A DNA stretch of 63,918 bases, the filler included, from Nemertoderma westbladi (lineage: Eukaryota > Animalia > Xenacoelomorpha), in the NCBI GenBank assembly GCA_032718475.1. It is 4 parts of 4 records of this genome, joined end to end, with 100 filler letters (N's around TTAATTAATTAA, not from the genome) between each part and the next. Parts side by side here need not be neighbours in the genome. Positions count along the whole stretch, not along the records: positions 1 to 14,457 come from JAUCBJ010006097.1; positions 14,558 to 37,171 come from JAUCBJ010005565.1; 2 more parts are not named here. One strand, written 5' to 3'. The first letter of the stretch is position 1; each line of letters starts with the position of its first letter. The notes beneath the pieces are model-generated. The model saw nothing but the letters and a program-made list of their open reading frames with translations, was not told where the DNA came from and searched no databases. A program made the translations under genes and the position numbers. Below are positions 12,340 through 25,110 of this stretch, piece by piece.

Positions 12340-12882
12340 TGGGGTTCAAGTCTCCCACCCTAGGTGTCAAGTCTCCCCCCATTGAGGGAGACTTGACGCT
12401 TTTTCGAAAATAGGAATGAAGCGAATTTTCATTCGTTGTAAAGGGCAAAAATTTACTTTTGAACCCAGAAAACGTTTATTGATAATAAAACAAAAAATAA
12501 CCAAAAGGTAATAAAACATTGTTGCGCGGGTCTAGACAACATGTATTTTACACATTTTTGTGTGGTATTGTCAAATAATTTACAATAGTTTTTGAGTTAT
12601 TAAAAAAAATCAAGTCTCACCTAAAGTCAAGTCTCCCTCACTCACTCTCTGGCTGTCAGGCAAATTTCCACCAATTGTTTACGTGGTAACTAATGACGGT
12701 GTTAAGTAATGTCCACTAAGGGGATGTAAAATGACATAAATTCCAAATATTGAATGTCACTTATTGTTTTTAGTGTGATCACATAGGCGGCCCTTCGGGC
12801 CGCCTACAGCTAGTAACAGTATAAACAGTATCAAAACAACGGTGTCGGCAGTCCTAAAGTCAAGTCTCCCTCACTCTCCTTA
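12340..12882. mobile_element. Fragments of a non-autonomous DNA transposon with repeated TCAAGTCTCCC motifs (pogo/mariner-like end ...CAAGTCTCCCTCACTCTCCT|TA)
   Basis: Motif near 12346, 12367, 12610, 12627 and 12860, inverted near 12386; the terminal segment at 12621-12647 is repeated at 12854-12880. Confidence 0.5.
12784..12814 (+). mobile_element. Helitron 3' terminus (GC-rich hairpin plus CTAG|T)
   Basis: TAGGCGGCCC-TTC-GGGCCGCCTA perfect 10-bp stem, followed 3 nt later by CTAG then T. Confidence 0.75.
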
Positions 12883-12889
12883 GTGAAGG

Positions 12890-13740
12890 AAAGCTGGAGA
12901 AAGGGATTCCAAATATGTAGAATTTCGTTGAAAAATGGCTGATTCAATAATTAGGGCGTTCAATAATGTTGCATAGTGTTGCACCTCTACGAGGCTATTT
13001 TATTCTATTTAATTTTTAAAGTGAATTAAGCCATGGGACTGGGGGTGGCACAATAAAACACGATAAAGTTAATAAATAATAAATTAAATTAAAAGCACCG
13101 TCACTTAGAAATACTGAAATAGAGTTGATGAATCAGGTGGAGATTCTATTTAATAAATAAACAATATTCTAGAACATTTTGTTAATGTATGAATAGCTAC
13201 ATAATAGTATGATTAAAGAGTTATTGCATTGTTGCCCATCTACGTATTGATAAACAAAATGTTCCAGAATATGGTGAATTTATTAAATATAATAAAATAA
13301 TCTCACAGAGGTGCAAAACTATGTAACATTTGAACGCCCATATCTCGGCTATTGTTCAACGAAATTCAGATTGTGTTACATATTTACTACTAGGATCGGC
13401 ATGCTGCATTGCAGCTGCATTTTTATGAATGCTGTGCCGGCTTATCGACAAAATTGCACCGCCACAACTCCCTATCACCCATGACATTTGCTAGATCATC
13501 CGCATCTTCAAGGCCAGTGTCCTTTAAGATGCGTCTCAAGACGCTTAAGATGCTAACAGATGATTACATATTTGATATTTGGAATCCTTGCATGTTCAGC
13601 TTTCCATCCGTACAAACAGATCACAATAACGTTAAATAAAAACTTCCGTATAACTGCTTTTAGCTAAAAAAGGAGAACAAAAATAAAAATTCTGACTCAC
13701 CCACCCAACCCACGAGGGTCAAATGTCATGCAAACCCATT
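12890..13740. mobile_element. Foldback/MITE-like element (relative at 58240-58480)
   Basis: Inverted arms at about 12953-12988 and 13306-13340, and about 13147-13185 and 13250-13290; TTCAACGAAATTCAG...ATATTTGGAATCCTTGCATG..CAGCTTTC is shared with 58262-58318. Confidence 0.55.
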
Positions 13741-13835
13741 TTATAACATTTTTGTTTTACTGTTCTGAATATTAAAAGTGATTATTTCTGTAGGCCTACT
13801 TACTGTATTATTATTTTATCTAATATTATACATAC

Positions 13836-14457
13836 ATCTAAAATCTAATAAATATAAATATCAATTATTGTCTGTCTGGTCTGTGTGTCTGTTTTTTATC
13901 GGCTCATATAGGGGTGACTTTCGACGCAATAAAAATTCATCCCTCTCCAGGGGAAATTCGACGCAAATAACAGCTGATTACTCTCAAAAATAAAACTGTA
14001 ACCTGTTCTATTGTGTTTAGTTTATTGTTTTGGTTAAAATAACGTGCCACTGTAACCTTCTCCTTTCCCTAAATTGAGAATTTAACATTGAGGCGGGACA
14101 TTAATTCGCCAAGATGGGATTTGCGTCCAGTCCCCCCCCCCCCTGTCTCCATCGGCTATACAATCAAACCCATCTCCATGAAATCTTGATTACTATTTAG
14201 CTTGTTAGAAAGGTATCGCCCAAACTCCTTGCAACGTAATACTCGTCTGAAGTTCCCCCGTCCGCCGCTAGAGGGCGAATTGTCCGATAGTGAAAACCTA
14301 TCTCATTTGGTTGTTTTTAATGCTTTGGTAGTTATCTACTACAGCATAGGCTGTATCTTTACGGAGTCGCAGTGTCGTCTAAAGTTCCCCAGTCTACCGC
14401 TAGAGGGTATAATGTCTGAAAGTGAACATCTTCTCCAACTTAGCTATTTACAATCCG
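13836..14457 (+). mobile_element. Non-autonomous Helitron-like element; internal segment dispersed at about 23940-24035, 29990-30155, 54225-54455 (inverted) and 54905-55030
   Basis: A|TCTA...ATAAATATAAAT...TGTCTGTCTG start; ~230-bp core CTCCAGGGGAAATTCGACGCAAATAACAGCTG...GCGTCCAGTCCCCCC recurs at the listed sites. Confidence 0.6.
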
Positions 14458-14557
14458 NNNNNNNNNNNNNNNNNNNNNNNNNNNNNNNNNNNNNNNNNNN
14501 NTTAATTAATTAANNNNNNNNNNNNNNNNNNNNNNNNNNNNNNNNNNNNNNNNNNNN
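14458..14557. other. Assembly linker N44-TTAATTAATTAA-N44
   Basis: Same 100-bp structure occurs three times; the 12-mer puts stops in all six frames. Confidence 0.97.
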
Positions 14558-17500
14558 TTTGGGTCTGTGTGCAAAGTATCTGCCAACATTTGGGTCCGTG
14601 TGCAAAGGATCTGCAACCATTTGGGTCCGTGTGCAAAGTATCTGACATCCTTTGGGTCCGTGTGCAAAGTATCTGACATCCTTTGGGTCCGTGTGCAAAG
14701 TATATGACATCCTTTGGGTCCGTGTGCAAAGTATCTGCAACCATTTGGGTCCGTGTGCAAAGTATCTGACATCCTTCGGGTCCGTGTGCAAAGTATATTA
14801 CACCCTTTGGGTCCGTGTGCAAAGTATCTGCTAACATTTGGGTCCGTGTGCAAATTATCTTACATCCTTTGGGTCCGTGTGCAAAGTATCTGACATCCTT
14901 TGGGTCCGTGTGCAAAGTATATGACATCCTTTGGGTCCGTGTGCAAAGTATCTGCAACCATTTGGGTCCGTGTGCAAAGTATCTGACATCCTTTGGGTCC
15001 GTGTGCAAAGTATCTGACATCCTTTGGTTCCGAGTGCAAAGTATATTACACCCTTTGGGTCCGTGTGCAAAGTATCTGCTAACATTTGGGTCCGTGTGCA
15101 AAGTATCTGCTAACATTTGGGTCCGTGTGCAAAGTATCTGACATCCTTTGGGTCCGTGTGCAAAGTATCTGCAACCATTTGGGTCCGTGTGCAAAGTATC
15201 TGACATCCTTCGGGTCCGTGTGCAAAGTATCTGACATCCTTTCGTTCCGAGTGCAAAGTATATGACACCCTTTGGGTCCGTGTGCAAAGTATCTGCCAAT
15301 ATTTGGGTCCGTGTGCAAATTATCTTACATCTTTTGGGTCCGTGTGGAAAGTATCTGACATCCTTTGGGTCCGTGTGCAAAGTATCTGACATCCTTTGGG
15401 TCCGTGTGCAAAGTATCTGCAACCATTTGGGTCCGTGTGCAAAGTATCTGACATCCTTTGGGTCCGTGTGCAAAGTATCTGCAACCATTTGGGTCCGTGT
15501 GCAAAGTATCTGACATCCTTTGGGTCCGTGTGCAAAGTATCTGCAACCATTTGGGTCCGTGTGCAAAGTATCTGACATCCTTCGGGTCCGTGTGCAAAGT
15601 ATCTGACATCCTTTCGTTCCGAGTGCAAAGTATATGACACCCTTTGGGTCCGTGTGCAAAGTATCTGCCAATATTTGGGTCCGTGTGCAAATTATCTTAG
15701 ATCTTTTGGGTCCGTGTGGAAAGTATCTGACATCCTTTGGGTCCGTGTGCAAAGTATCTGACATCCTTTGGGTTCGTGTACAAAGTATCTGCCAACATTT
15801 GGGTCCGTGTGCAAAGTATCTGCAACCATTTGGGTCCGTGTGCAAAGTATCTGACATCCTTTGGGTCCGTGTGCAAAGTATCTGACATCCTTTGGGTCCG
15901 TGTGCAAAGTATCTGCAACCATTTGGGTCCGTGTGCAAAGTATCTGACATCCTTTGGGTCCGTGTGCAAAGTATCTGACATCCTTTGGGTCCGTGTGCAA
16001 AGTATCTGCAACCATTTGGGTCCGTGTGCAAAGTATCTGACATCCTTTGGGTCCGTGTTTAAAGCATCTGACATCCTTTGGACCCGTGTGCAAAGTATCT
16101 GACATTATTTGGCTCCGTGTGCAAAGTATATGACATCCTTTGGGTCCGTGTGCAAAGTATCTGCTAACATTTGGGTCCGTGTGCAAAGTATCTGACATCC
16201 TTTGGTTCCGAGTGCAAAGTATATGACATCCTTTGGGTCCGTGTGCAAAGTATCTGCTAACATTTGGGTCCGTGTGCAAAGTATCTGCAACCATTTGGGT
16301 CCGTGTGCAAAGTATCTGACATCCCTTGGGTCAGTGTGCAAAGTATCTGCAACCATTTGGGTCCGTGTGCAAAGTATCTGACATCCTTTGGGTCTGTGTG
16401 CAAAGTATCTGCAACCATTTGGGTCCGTGTGCAAAGTATCTGACATCCTTTGGGTCCGTGTGCAAAGTATCTGACATCCTTTGGGTCCGTGTGCAAAGTA
16501 TCTGCAACCATTTGGGTCCGTGTGCAAAGTATCTGTATCCTTTGGGTCCGTGTGCAAAGTATCTGACATCCTTTGGGTCCGTGTGCAAAGTATCTGCAAC
16601 CATTTGGGTCCGTGTGCAAAGTATCTGACATCCTTTGGGTCCGTGTTTAAAGCATCTGACATCCTTTGGACCCGTGTGCAAAGTATCTGACATTATTTGG
16701 CTCCGTGTGCAAAGTATATGACATCCTTTGGGTCCGTGTGCAAAGTATCTGCTAACATTTGGGTCCGTGTGCAAAGTATCTGACATCCTTTGGTTCCGAG
16801 TGCAAAGTATATGACATCCTTTGGGTCCGTGTGCAAAGTATCTGCAACCATTTGGGTCCGTGTGCAAAGTATCTGACATCCCTTGGGTCAGTGTGCAAAG
16901 TATCTGCAACCATTTGGGTCCGTGTGCAAAGTATCTGACATCCTTTGGGTCTGTGTGCAAAGTATCTGACATCCTTTCGTTCCGAGTGCAAAGTATATGA
17001 CACCCTTTGGGTCCGTGTGCAAAGTATCTGACATCCTTTGGGTCCGTGTGCAAAGTATCTGACATCCTTTGGGTCCGTGTGCAAAGTATATGACATCCTT
17101 TGGGTCCGTGTGCAAAGTATCTGCAACCATTTGGGTCCGTGTGCAAAGTATCTGACATCCTTCGGGTCCGTGTGCAAAGTATATTACACCCTTTGGGTCC
17201 GTGTGCAAAGTATCTGCTAACATTTGGGTCCGTGTGCAAATTATCTTACATCCTTTGGGTCCGTGTGCAAAGTATCTGACATCCTTTGGGTCCGTGTGCA
17301 AAGTATATGACATCCTTTGGGTCCGTGTGCAAAGTATCTGCAACCATTTGGGTCCGTGTGCAAAGTATCTGACATCCTTTGGGTCCGTGTGCAAAGTATC
17401 TGACATCCTTTGGTTCCGAGTGCAAAGTATATTACACCCTTTGGGTCCGTGTGCAAAGTATCTGCTAACATTTGGGTCCGTGTGCAAAGTATCTGCTAAC

Positions 17501-20500
17501 ATTTGGGTCCGTGTGCAAAGTATCTGACATCCTTTGGGTCCGTGTGCAAAGTATCTGCAAACATTTGGGTCCGTGTGCAAAGTATCTGACATCCTTCGGG
17601 TCCGTGTGCAAAGTATCTGACATCCTTTCGTTCCGAGTGCAAAGTATATGACACCCTTTGGGTCCGTGTGCAAAGTATCTGCCAATATTTGGGTCCGTGT
17701 GCAAATTATCTTACATCTTTTGGGTCCGTGTGGAAAGTATCTGACATCCTTTGGGTCCGTGTGCAAAGTATCTGACATCCTTTGGGTCCGTGTGCAAAGT
17801 ATCTGCAACCATTTGGGTCCGTGTGCAAAGTATCTGACATCCTTTGGGTCCGTGTGCAAAGTATCTGCAACCATTTGGGTCCGTGTGCAAAGTATCTGAC
17901 ATCCTTTGGGTCCGTGTGCAAAGTATCTGCAACCATTTGGGTCCGTGTGCAAAGTATCTGACATCCTTCGGGTCCGTGTGCAAAGTATCTGACATCCTTT
18001 CGTTCCGAGTGCAAAGTATATGACACCCTTTGGGTCCGTGTGCAAAGTATCTGCCAATATTTGGGTCCGTGTGCAAATTATCTTACATCTTTTGGGTCCG
18101 TGTGGAAAGTATCTGACATCCTTTGGGTCCGTGTGCAAAGTATCTGACATCCTTTGGGTTCGTGTACAAAGTATCTGCCAACATTTGGGTCCGTGTGCAA
18201 AGTATCTGCAACCATTTGGGTCCGTGTGCAAAGTATCTGACATCCTTTGGGTCCGTGTGCAAAGTATCTGACATCCTTTGGGTCCGTGTGCAAAGTATCT
18301 GCAACCATTTGGGTCCGTGTGCAAAGTATCTGACATCCTTTGGGTCCGTGTGCAAAGTATCTGACATCCTTTGGGTCCGTGTGCAAAGTATCTGCAACCA
18401 TTTGGGTCCGTGTGCAAAGTATCTGACATCCTTTGGGTCCGTGTTTAAAGCATCTGACATCCTTTGGACCCGTGTGCAAAGTATCTGACATTATTTGGCT
18501 CCGTGTGCAAAGTATATGACATCCTTTGGGTCCGTGTGCAAAGTATCTGCTAACATTTGGGTCCGTGTGCAAAGTATCTGACATCCTTTGGTTCCGAGTG
18601 CAAAGTATATGACATCCTTTGGGTCCGTGTGCAAAGTATCTGCAACCATTTGGGTCCGTGTGCAAAGTATCTGACATCCCTTGGGTCAGTGTGCAAAGTA
18701 TCTGCAACCATTTGGGTCCGTGTGCAAAGTATCTGACATCCTTTGGGTCTGTGTGCAAAGTATCTGCAACCATTTGGGTCCGTGTGCAAAGTATCTGACA
18801 TCCTTTGGGTCCGTGTGCAAAGTATCTGACATCCTTTGGGTCCGTGTGCAAAGTATCTGCAACCATTTGGGTCCGTGTGCAAAGTATCTGACATCCTTTG
18901 GGTCCGTGTGCAAAGTATCTGACATCCTTTGGGTCCGTGTGCAAAGTATCTGCAACCATTTGGGTCCGTGTGCAAAGTATCTGACATCCTTTGGGTCCGT
19001 GTTTAAAGCATCTGACATCCTTTGGACCCGTGTGCAAAGTATCTGACATTATTTGGCTCCGTGTGCAAAGTATATGACATCCTTTGGGTCCGTGTGCAAA
19101 GTATCTGCTAACATTTGGGTCCGTGTGCAAAGTATCTGACATCCTTTGGTTCCGAGTACAAAGTATATGACATCCTTTGGGTCCGTGTGCAAAGTATCTG
19201 CAACCATTTGGGTCCGTGTGCAAAGTATCTGACATCCCTTGGGTCAGTGTGCAAAGTATCTGCAACCATTTGTGTCCGTGTGCAAAGTATCTGACATCCT
19301 TTGGGTCTGTGTGCAAAGTATCTGACATCCTTTCGTTCCGAGTGCAAAGTATATGACACCCTTTGGGTCCGTGTGCAAAGTATCTGCCAATATTTGGGTC
19401 CGTGTGCAAATTATCTTACATCTTTTGGGTCCGTGTGGAAAGTATCTGACATCCTTTGGGTCCGTGTGCAAAGTATCTGACATCCTTTGGGTTCGTGTAC
19501 AAAGTATCTGCCAACATTTGGGTCCGTGTGCAAAGTATCTGCAACCATTTGGGTCCGTGTGCAAAGTATCTGACATCCTTTGGGTCCGTGTGCAAAGTAT
19601 CTGACATCCTTTGGGTCCGTGTGCAAAGTATCTGCAACCATTTGGGTCCGGTGTGCAAAGTATCTGGCATCCTTTGGGTCCGTGTGCAAAGTATCTGACA
19701 TCCTTTGGGTCCGTGTGCAAAGTATCTGACATCATTTGGGTCCGTGTGCAAAGTATCTGACATCCTTTGGGTTCGTGTACAAAGTATCTGCCAACATTTG
19801 GGTCCGTGTGCAAAGTATCTGCAACCATTTGGGTCCGTGTGCAAAGTATCTGACATCCTTTGGGTCCGTGTGCAAAGTATCTGACATCCTTTGGTTCCGA
19901 GTGCAAAGTATCTGACATCTTTTGGGTCCGTGTGCAAATTATCTGACATCCTTTGGGTTCGTGTGCAAAGTATCTGACATCCTTTGGGTCCGTGTGCAAA
20001 GTATCTGCAACCATTTGGGTCCGTGTGCAAATTATCTGACATCTTTTGGGTCTGTGTGGAAAGTATATGACATCCTTTGGGTCCGTGTGCAAAGTATCTG
20101 ACATCCTTTGGTTCCGAGTGCAAAGTATATGACACCCTTTGGGTCCGTGTGCAAAGTATCTGACATCCTTTGGGTCCGTGTGCAAAGTATCTGCAACCAT
20201 TTGGGTCCGTGTGCAAAGTATATGACATCCTTTGGGTCCGTGTGCAAAGTATCTGACATCCTTTGGTTCCGTGTGCAAAGTATCTGCCAATATTTTGGTC
20301 CGTGTGCAAAGTATCTGCTAACATTTGGGTCCGTGTGGAAAGTATCTGACATCCTTTGGGTCCGTGTGCAAAGTATCTGACATCCTTTGGGTCCGTGTGC
20401 AAAGTATCTGCAACCATTTGGGTCCGTGTGCAAAGTATCTGACATCCTTCGGGTCCGTGTGCAAAGTATATTACACCCTTTGGGTCCGTATGCAAAGTAT

Positions 20501-20991
20501 ATGACATCCCTTGGGTCCGTGTGCAAAGTATCTGCAACCATTTGGGTCCGTGTGCAAAGTATCTGACATCCTTCGGGTCCGTGTGCAAAGTATATTACAC
20601 CCTTTGGGTCCGTATGCAAAGTATATGACATCCCTTGGGTCCGTGTGCAAAGTATCTGCCAATATTTGGGTCCGTGTGCAAAGTATCTGACATCCTTTGG
20701 TTCCGAGTGCAAAGTATATTACACCCTTTGGGTCCGTATGCAAAGTATATGACATCCCTTGGGTCCGTGTGCAAAGTATCTGCCAACATTTGGGTCCGTG
20801 TGCAAAGTATCTGACATCCTTTGGGTCCGTGTGCAAAGTATCTGACATCCTTTGGGTTCGTGTACAAAGTATCTGCCAACATTTGGGTCCGTGTGCAAAG
20901 TATCTGACATCCTTTGGGTCCGTGTGCAAAGTATTTGACATCTTTTGGGTCCGTGTGCAAAGTATATGACATCCTTTGGGTCCGTGTGCAA
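14558..20991. repeat. 31-bp satellite (TTTGGGTCCGTGTGCAAAGTATCTGACATCC), about 207 units, with higher-order structure
   Basis: Direct reading; variant patterns recur at 372 bp (12 units), 558 bp (18 units) and 2386 bp (77 units minus 1 bp). Confidence 0.98.
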
Positions 20992-21319
20992 GCATATTAT
21001 TACCATCCTTAACATTAGTAGGTGAATAGGGCAGGGTAGATGGTATACAAAGTATCCAATAAGAAATCACCATGGAAAAGTTAGTCAGAATCAATCAGCT
21101 GATCCAAATTTATCCAAAAAAATAGGTGTTGGCTCTTTGTGGCTCCAGTGCTTTCCTTATGTTTGCATAATTTGTCGCAGAATTAACTTTGATAGCATTA
21201 ATTTATCACTGTGCAACATCTCCTGAGTCGGAGTGGGTTGGTGCCTCATTGCTTCATAGTGTAATGGTCATTTTTTGGGTCCGTGTGGGTCTTTATGCAT
21301 TTTAGCAAACTGCCCTCTG

Positions 21320-22649
21320 GGGCGGTATTCATAAATGTGACTAATTAGGAACTTAGTCCTAGTCACATCAAGTTAGTAAGTGCTTGTACTAATTTGGTAT
21401 TCAGAGAAGTTGGTGCGACTTATTACTAACGTATTTAGTACTAGTTGTTGCTAAACTCGTATTCATAGAATTTAGTCTTACTTAAGTTAGTATTAGCTGT
21501 AACTTAAATTTCTAGTCACATGAAGATGTGACTAAGTTGGTAAGACCGCTTACTTATTGCATATTGGCCTTCATACATACAGTATGGTTGTTATGTTACT
21601 GACGACTCTGTCCACATTATACTCTCTTGTTTTTCTAGCTTTCTGTGTTCATTGCAAATGTGTTGTTGCAGAGAAACTATCAAATGTAATGACATAAAGC
21701 TTCTTATTTTTTAAACAAATATCCGACTTAAATTTTATAAAAATTTCAGCTCACATTCTTGAATGGTGAGATTGCTGCCGAATGGTCCGCGTCCGTTGAA
21801 AAATGTGTTTCGCTAAAGAATTCTACCATTCGCTAATTTTCGCAAGGTGAAAAAGCGGTAGCGTTCCCACTTCATTATTTTCATCTCTATTACCGAATGT
21901 AAATAATGGTATTCGATTATGGTAGTTTTTAGTGGAAACTGAATATTTTTTTAGTGATTTCCTGTTAAAATTATAGTGAAAAATTATTATTTTTCGTCAG
22001 TTAGTAAGGCGATAAATCAATTCGCTACCAATGGTAGCCAATTGATTTATCGCCTTACTAACTGACTAAAAATAATAACTTTTCACTATAATTTTAACAG
22101 GAAATCACAAAAAAAAATATTCAGTTTCCACTAAAATCTATTAATTATAAATTATTGCTAAAATGTGGGAAAGTGATGATACAGTGCCACTAATAATGAA
22201 GGGATTTTATTACAACAGCCGATTTTATTTTTGATTAAAATATATTTTAGTGATAATTAAATTGAGTGGAGGAAATATATATTTGATAACGAAAAAAATT
22301 TACTGGAAAACAGGAATTGTTTTAGTGACCAATAAAATTAATGGGTTTTAATGTAGACTACCAGTACAAGTAAAACAGTAAACATAGAGACATGCAAGGC
22401 ATAACTACAGTCCTTAAGTTTAAACTGAAAGCTTTTTGATAAACATGAGTTAAAGTACCGGCACTGCTACTAATAGGCTAGAACTAAGTTTAGTAACAGT
22501 TTATGAATACTGATATTTTTTAAGGGCTAGTTGAAACTAAGTTAAGTCAATGCTCTTACACAGATAGCTCTTACTAAACATAGTTGCAGCTCTGACTAAA
22601 AGCTGTCACTAAGTAGCTGTAACTAATACTAACTCTATGAATACCGCCC
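21320..22649. mobile_element. PIF/Harbinger-type MITE, 1330 bp
   Basis: TIR GGGCGGTATTCATA / TATGAATACCGCCC; 3-bp TSD CTG at 21317-21319 and 22650-22652; subterminal GTATTCA repeats. Confidence 0.85.
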
Positions 22650-22652
22650 CTG

Positions 22653-23379
22653 GCCTCCGGCTCCGGCCATTTTGGCACCTCCGGCTCCTGCTCCGGCTCC
22701 GGTAAAAATATTGCCGGAGTTAATTTTTTAATAAAGTATTATATTTCGTGCATATTCTAATCTGAACAATTATTTACACTATACAGCTATAAGTAGGTAC
22801 TGCAGTACAGCTTCAATATCAAGCATAGCATAATACTGCAGTATTTACTTAGTCAATGACTGACTCACTGTACTGCAGTATTGGTACTGGCCAGACTAGC
22901 AGACTGTTACAGATAGGCCCACTGTAAAAAATTGTTGTAAATGCTATGACTGTATGATTGTACACTGTACCACTGCAGCCATTTACAGACTGTCATGCCA
23001 GCATAATGTACTGCTGTACTGGTACAGGTCTGCAGGTGCAGCGGTAGGCTACCTACAGTACACACCTCTACCGCTCTACCTCAGTTAGACAGTTAGAGTT
23101 AGGTACTGTAGGTAATTTTTAGCCGTCAGCGTCAGGCCGTCTGTCCGTGATAAATTAATTACTTAAATTTTAAATTGAAAATTCGTAAATCTATAAATTA
23201 TGAAATTAATTAGACCTACAGTACAGCAGTATGATTGATTATGAGCGATTGGCGAACGATAACCATATTTTTTTTTTAAATAAATAATTAAATTTTTGAA
23301 AAACTCCGGCTCCTGCTCCGGCTCCGGCCAAATTGTCCAACTCCGGCTCCGGCCAAATCCCAACTCCGATGGAGCCCTA
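22653..23379. mobile_element. hAT-like non-autonomous element fragment with CTCCGG repeats
   Basis: CTCCGGCTCC clusters at 22655-22702 and 23304-23355; ends ...GGAGCCCTA. Confidence 0.5.
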
Positions 23380-23742
23380 CTCAGCTACTAGAGCAGTAGA
23401 GAGCATGGCATTGGTGATTGGTTAATTCAGTAATTCAACACATTATATACTCGTTGAGACTATCTGACTATTATCATGTAATCTTTAGTCAATGTCTTCC
23501 ATTTCGAAGTGCAAAGTGTGTGCAAGCAGACAAGGGAATTGCCATAAAGGGTGAAGGAATATTGTAAGGGGAAGGTGATGTTTTTGATGGAAATAGACAA
23601 CCTCTGATTAAAAGTAAATGACTGCAGTGTAAGTCAGTAAGTAGTGTAGGCCTACCAATATTCAATACCTATATTTTGAATCATAGCCTGATAGCACTTA
23701 ATAGCTTAATATTATTCATTACTAGAGACGGCGTCAAGACGC

Positions 23743-24300
23743 CGTTAAGCAAGTCAGAAGTCATCAATCAAATGTAAATTCCATCAACAAGCTGTCATTG
23801 GTGTTATTTTACCATCAGACCATTGCGCCTATGAGTTATAGTTCATATCTGTACCGTTCACCGTTGGTATTTTCGTATTGCAAAAATAAGACTATAAGTA
23901 TGAAATACCCTATGTTATTGAGATATTGTTGATTGTTTTGATTAGAAAAGCCCACCACTGTAACCTGCTCCTTTCCGTTAATTAAGTAATGGAGATTAGT
24001 TTATTGTTTTGGTTAGAAAACACCACCACTGTAACACCACCGGTACGCATACTGGCATATGAACGATAACCCGCCTATGGCAGTATGGCGTTTTTTTCGT
24101 TTAGGCCTATGTCTATTTTTCGAGCCCACGGCTCATGGACGAAATAGCGGAACATACCAGGGACCTTAGAATCGCGGTAGGCCTATCTAGCCGCTGTGAA
24201 AATTTCATCAAAATCGTTAGAGTAGTTTTGGCTGGAGATCAGTCAGCCAGCCAGTCAGTCAACAATTCCTACAGTAATCAAGTCCTACGACTTGCTAATT
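23743..24300 (+). mobile_element. HINE/DINE-1-like (Helentron-associated) non-autonomous element
   Basis: TTAAGCAAGTC start; AAATTTCATCAAAATCG followed by (CAGT/CAGC)n; terminal stem-loop CAAGTC-CTAC-GACTTG. Confidence 0.55.
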
Positions 24301-24369
24301 ATTAAAACAGTATTACAGGAAATGTATAGTCTAAAATAAATAAAATTAATTAAAAACCAAGATATTGCA

Positions 24370-24452
24370 TAGTTTCCTTATAGGGAAAGCTGTAATTTCC
24401 CTATAGGGAAACACAAATTTCCCTATAGGGAAATAAATAAGTTTCCCTATTG
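24370..24452. repeat. Four copies of palindromic TTTCCCTATAGGGAAA
   Basis: Direct reading, spacing of about 20-25 bp. Confidence 0.8.
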
Positions 24453-25110
24453 GGCTACCGGTAATTTCCCAGACTGACTTAAATTGTCTGTGTTGGGCCT
24501 TTGTGTTGTAGGCTACTCACCAAACTGTTTCTTCCTGTAAATAAACGAAACATTTCATCGGTTAATCCCTGAAATCAAAACAACTAAAATAAATGTATGT
24601 TACATTAGCTGATTAGGGCTTAGTAATTTGTAGATCAAATGTAACATAGTTATAGGATCCAATGCAACATAATTGAGGTTACGTTCGATTCGTAAAAACT
24701 ATGTTACATTGTTACATTCGATCCTGATTACGTTCGGTTTGTCACCCTACTGATATAGGACTAGAACATTCACCAATATTAAAAAAAAAACACGGAAATA
24801 CACGAAAAAATCAATGTTCAAAAATAGTCACACAAGCTATACTGCCTATACTACCGGTTGCCGGTAGTGCCTTATTGACTATTGTGTATTGCCATCAACC
24901 ATTTAGGACCGAAGACAGGAAGGCCATTAATGGCTGACTGCGAATGGCAATAATTTGGGGTGTATTTTATGTTACCGGTATGCGGTATACAATATATAAG
25001 ATTATTATAGTCCTATTTAATGATTTAATTCCTTTTTTATTGTAATAAATTGTTGATATACAAACTGATAAATCGTACTTAAATTTTTTGGTGACTATAG
25101 AGAACCGGTG

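Noticed and set aside
14558-20991. CRISPR-like array (31-bp repeat)
   Set aside because: Units are head-to-tail with no unique spacers, there are no cas genes, and the context is eukaryotic. The same applies to the 71-bp array.
14502-21094. Dozens of long Cys/His-rich ORFs (HTDP/HGPK/CTRTQ) resembling zinc-finger or repeat proteins
   Set aside because: They are translations of a 31-bp satellite; the same peptide appears in all three frames, and there is no gene structure.
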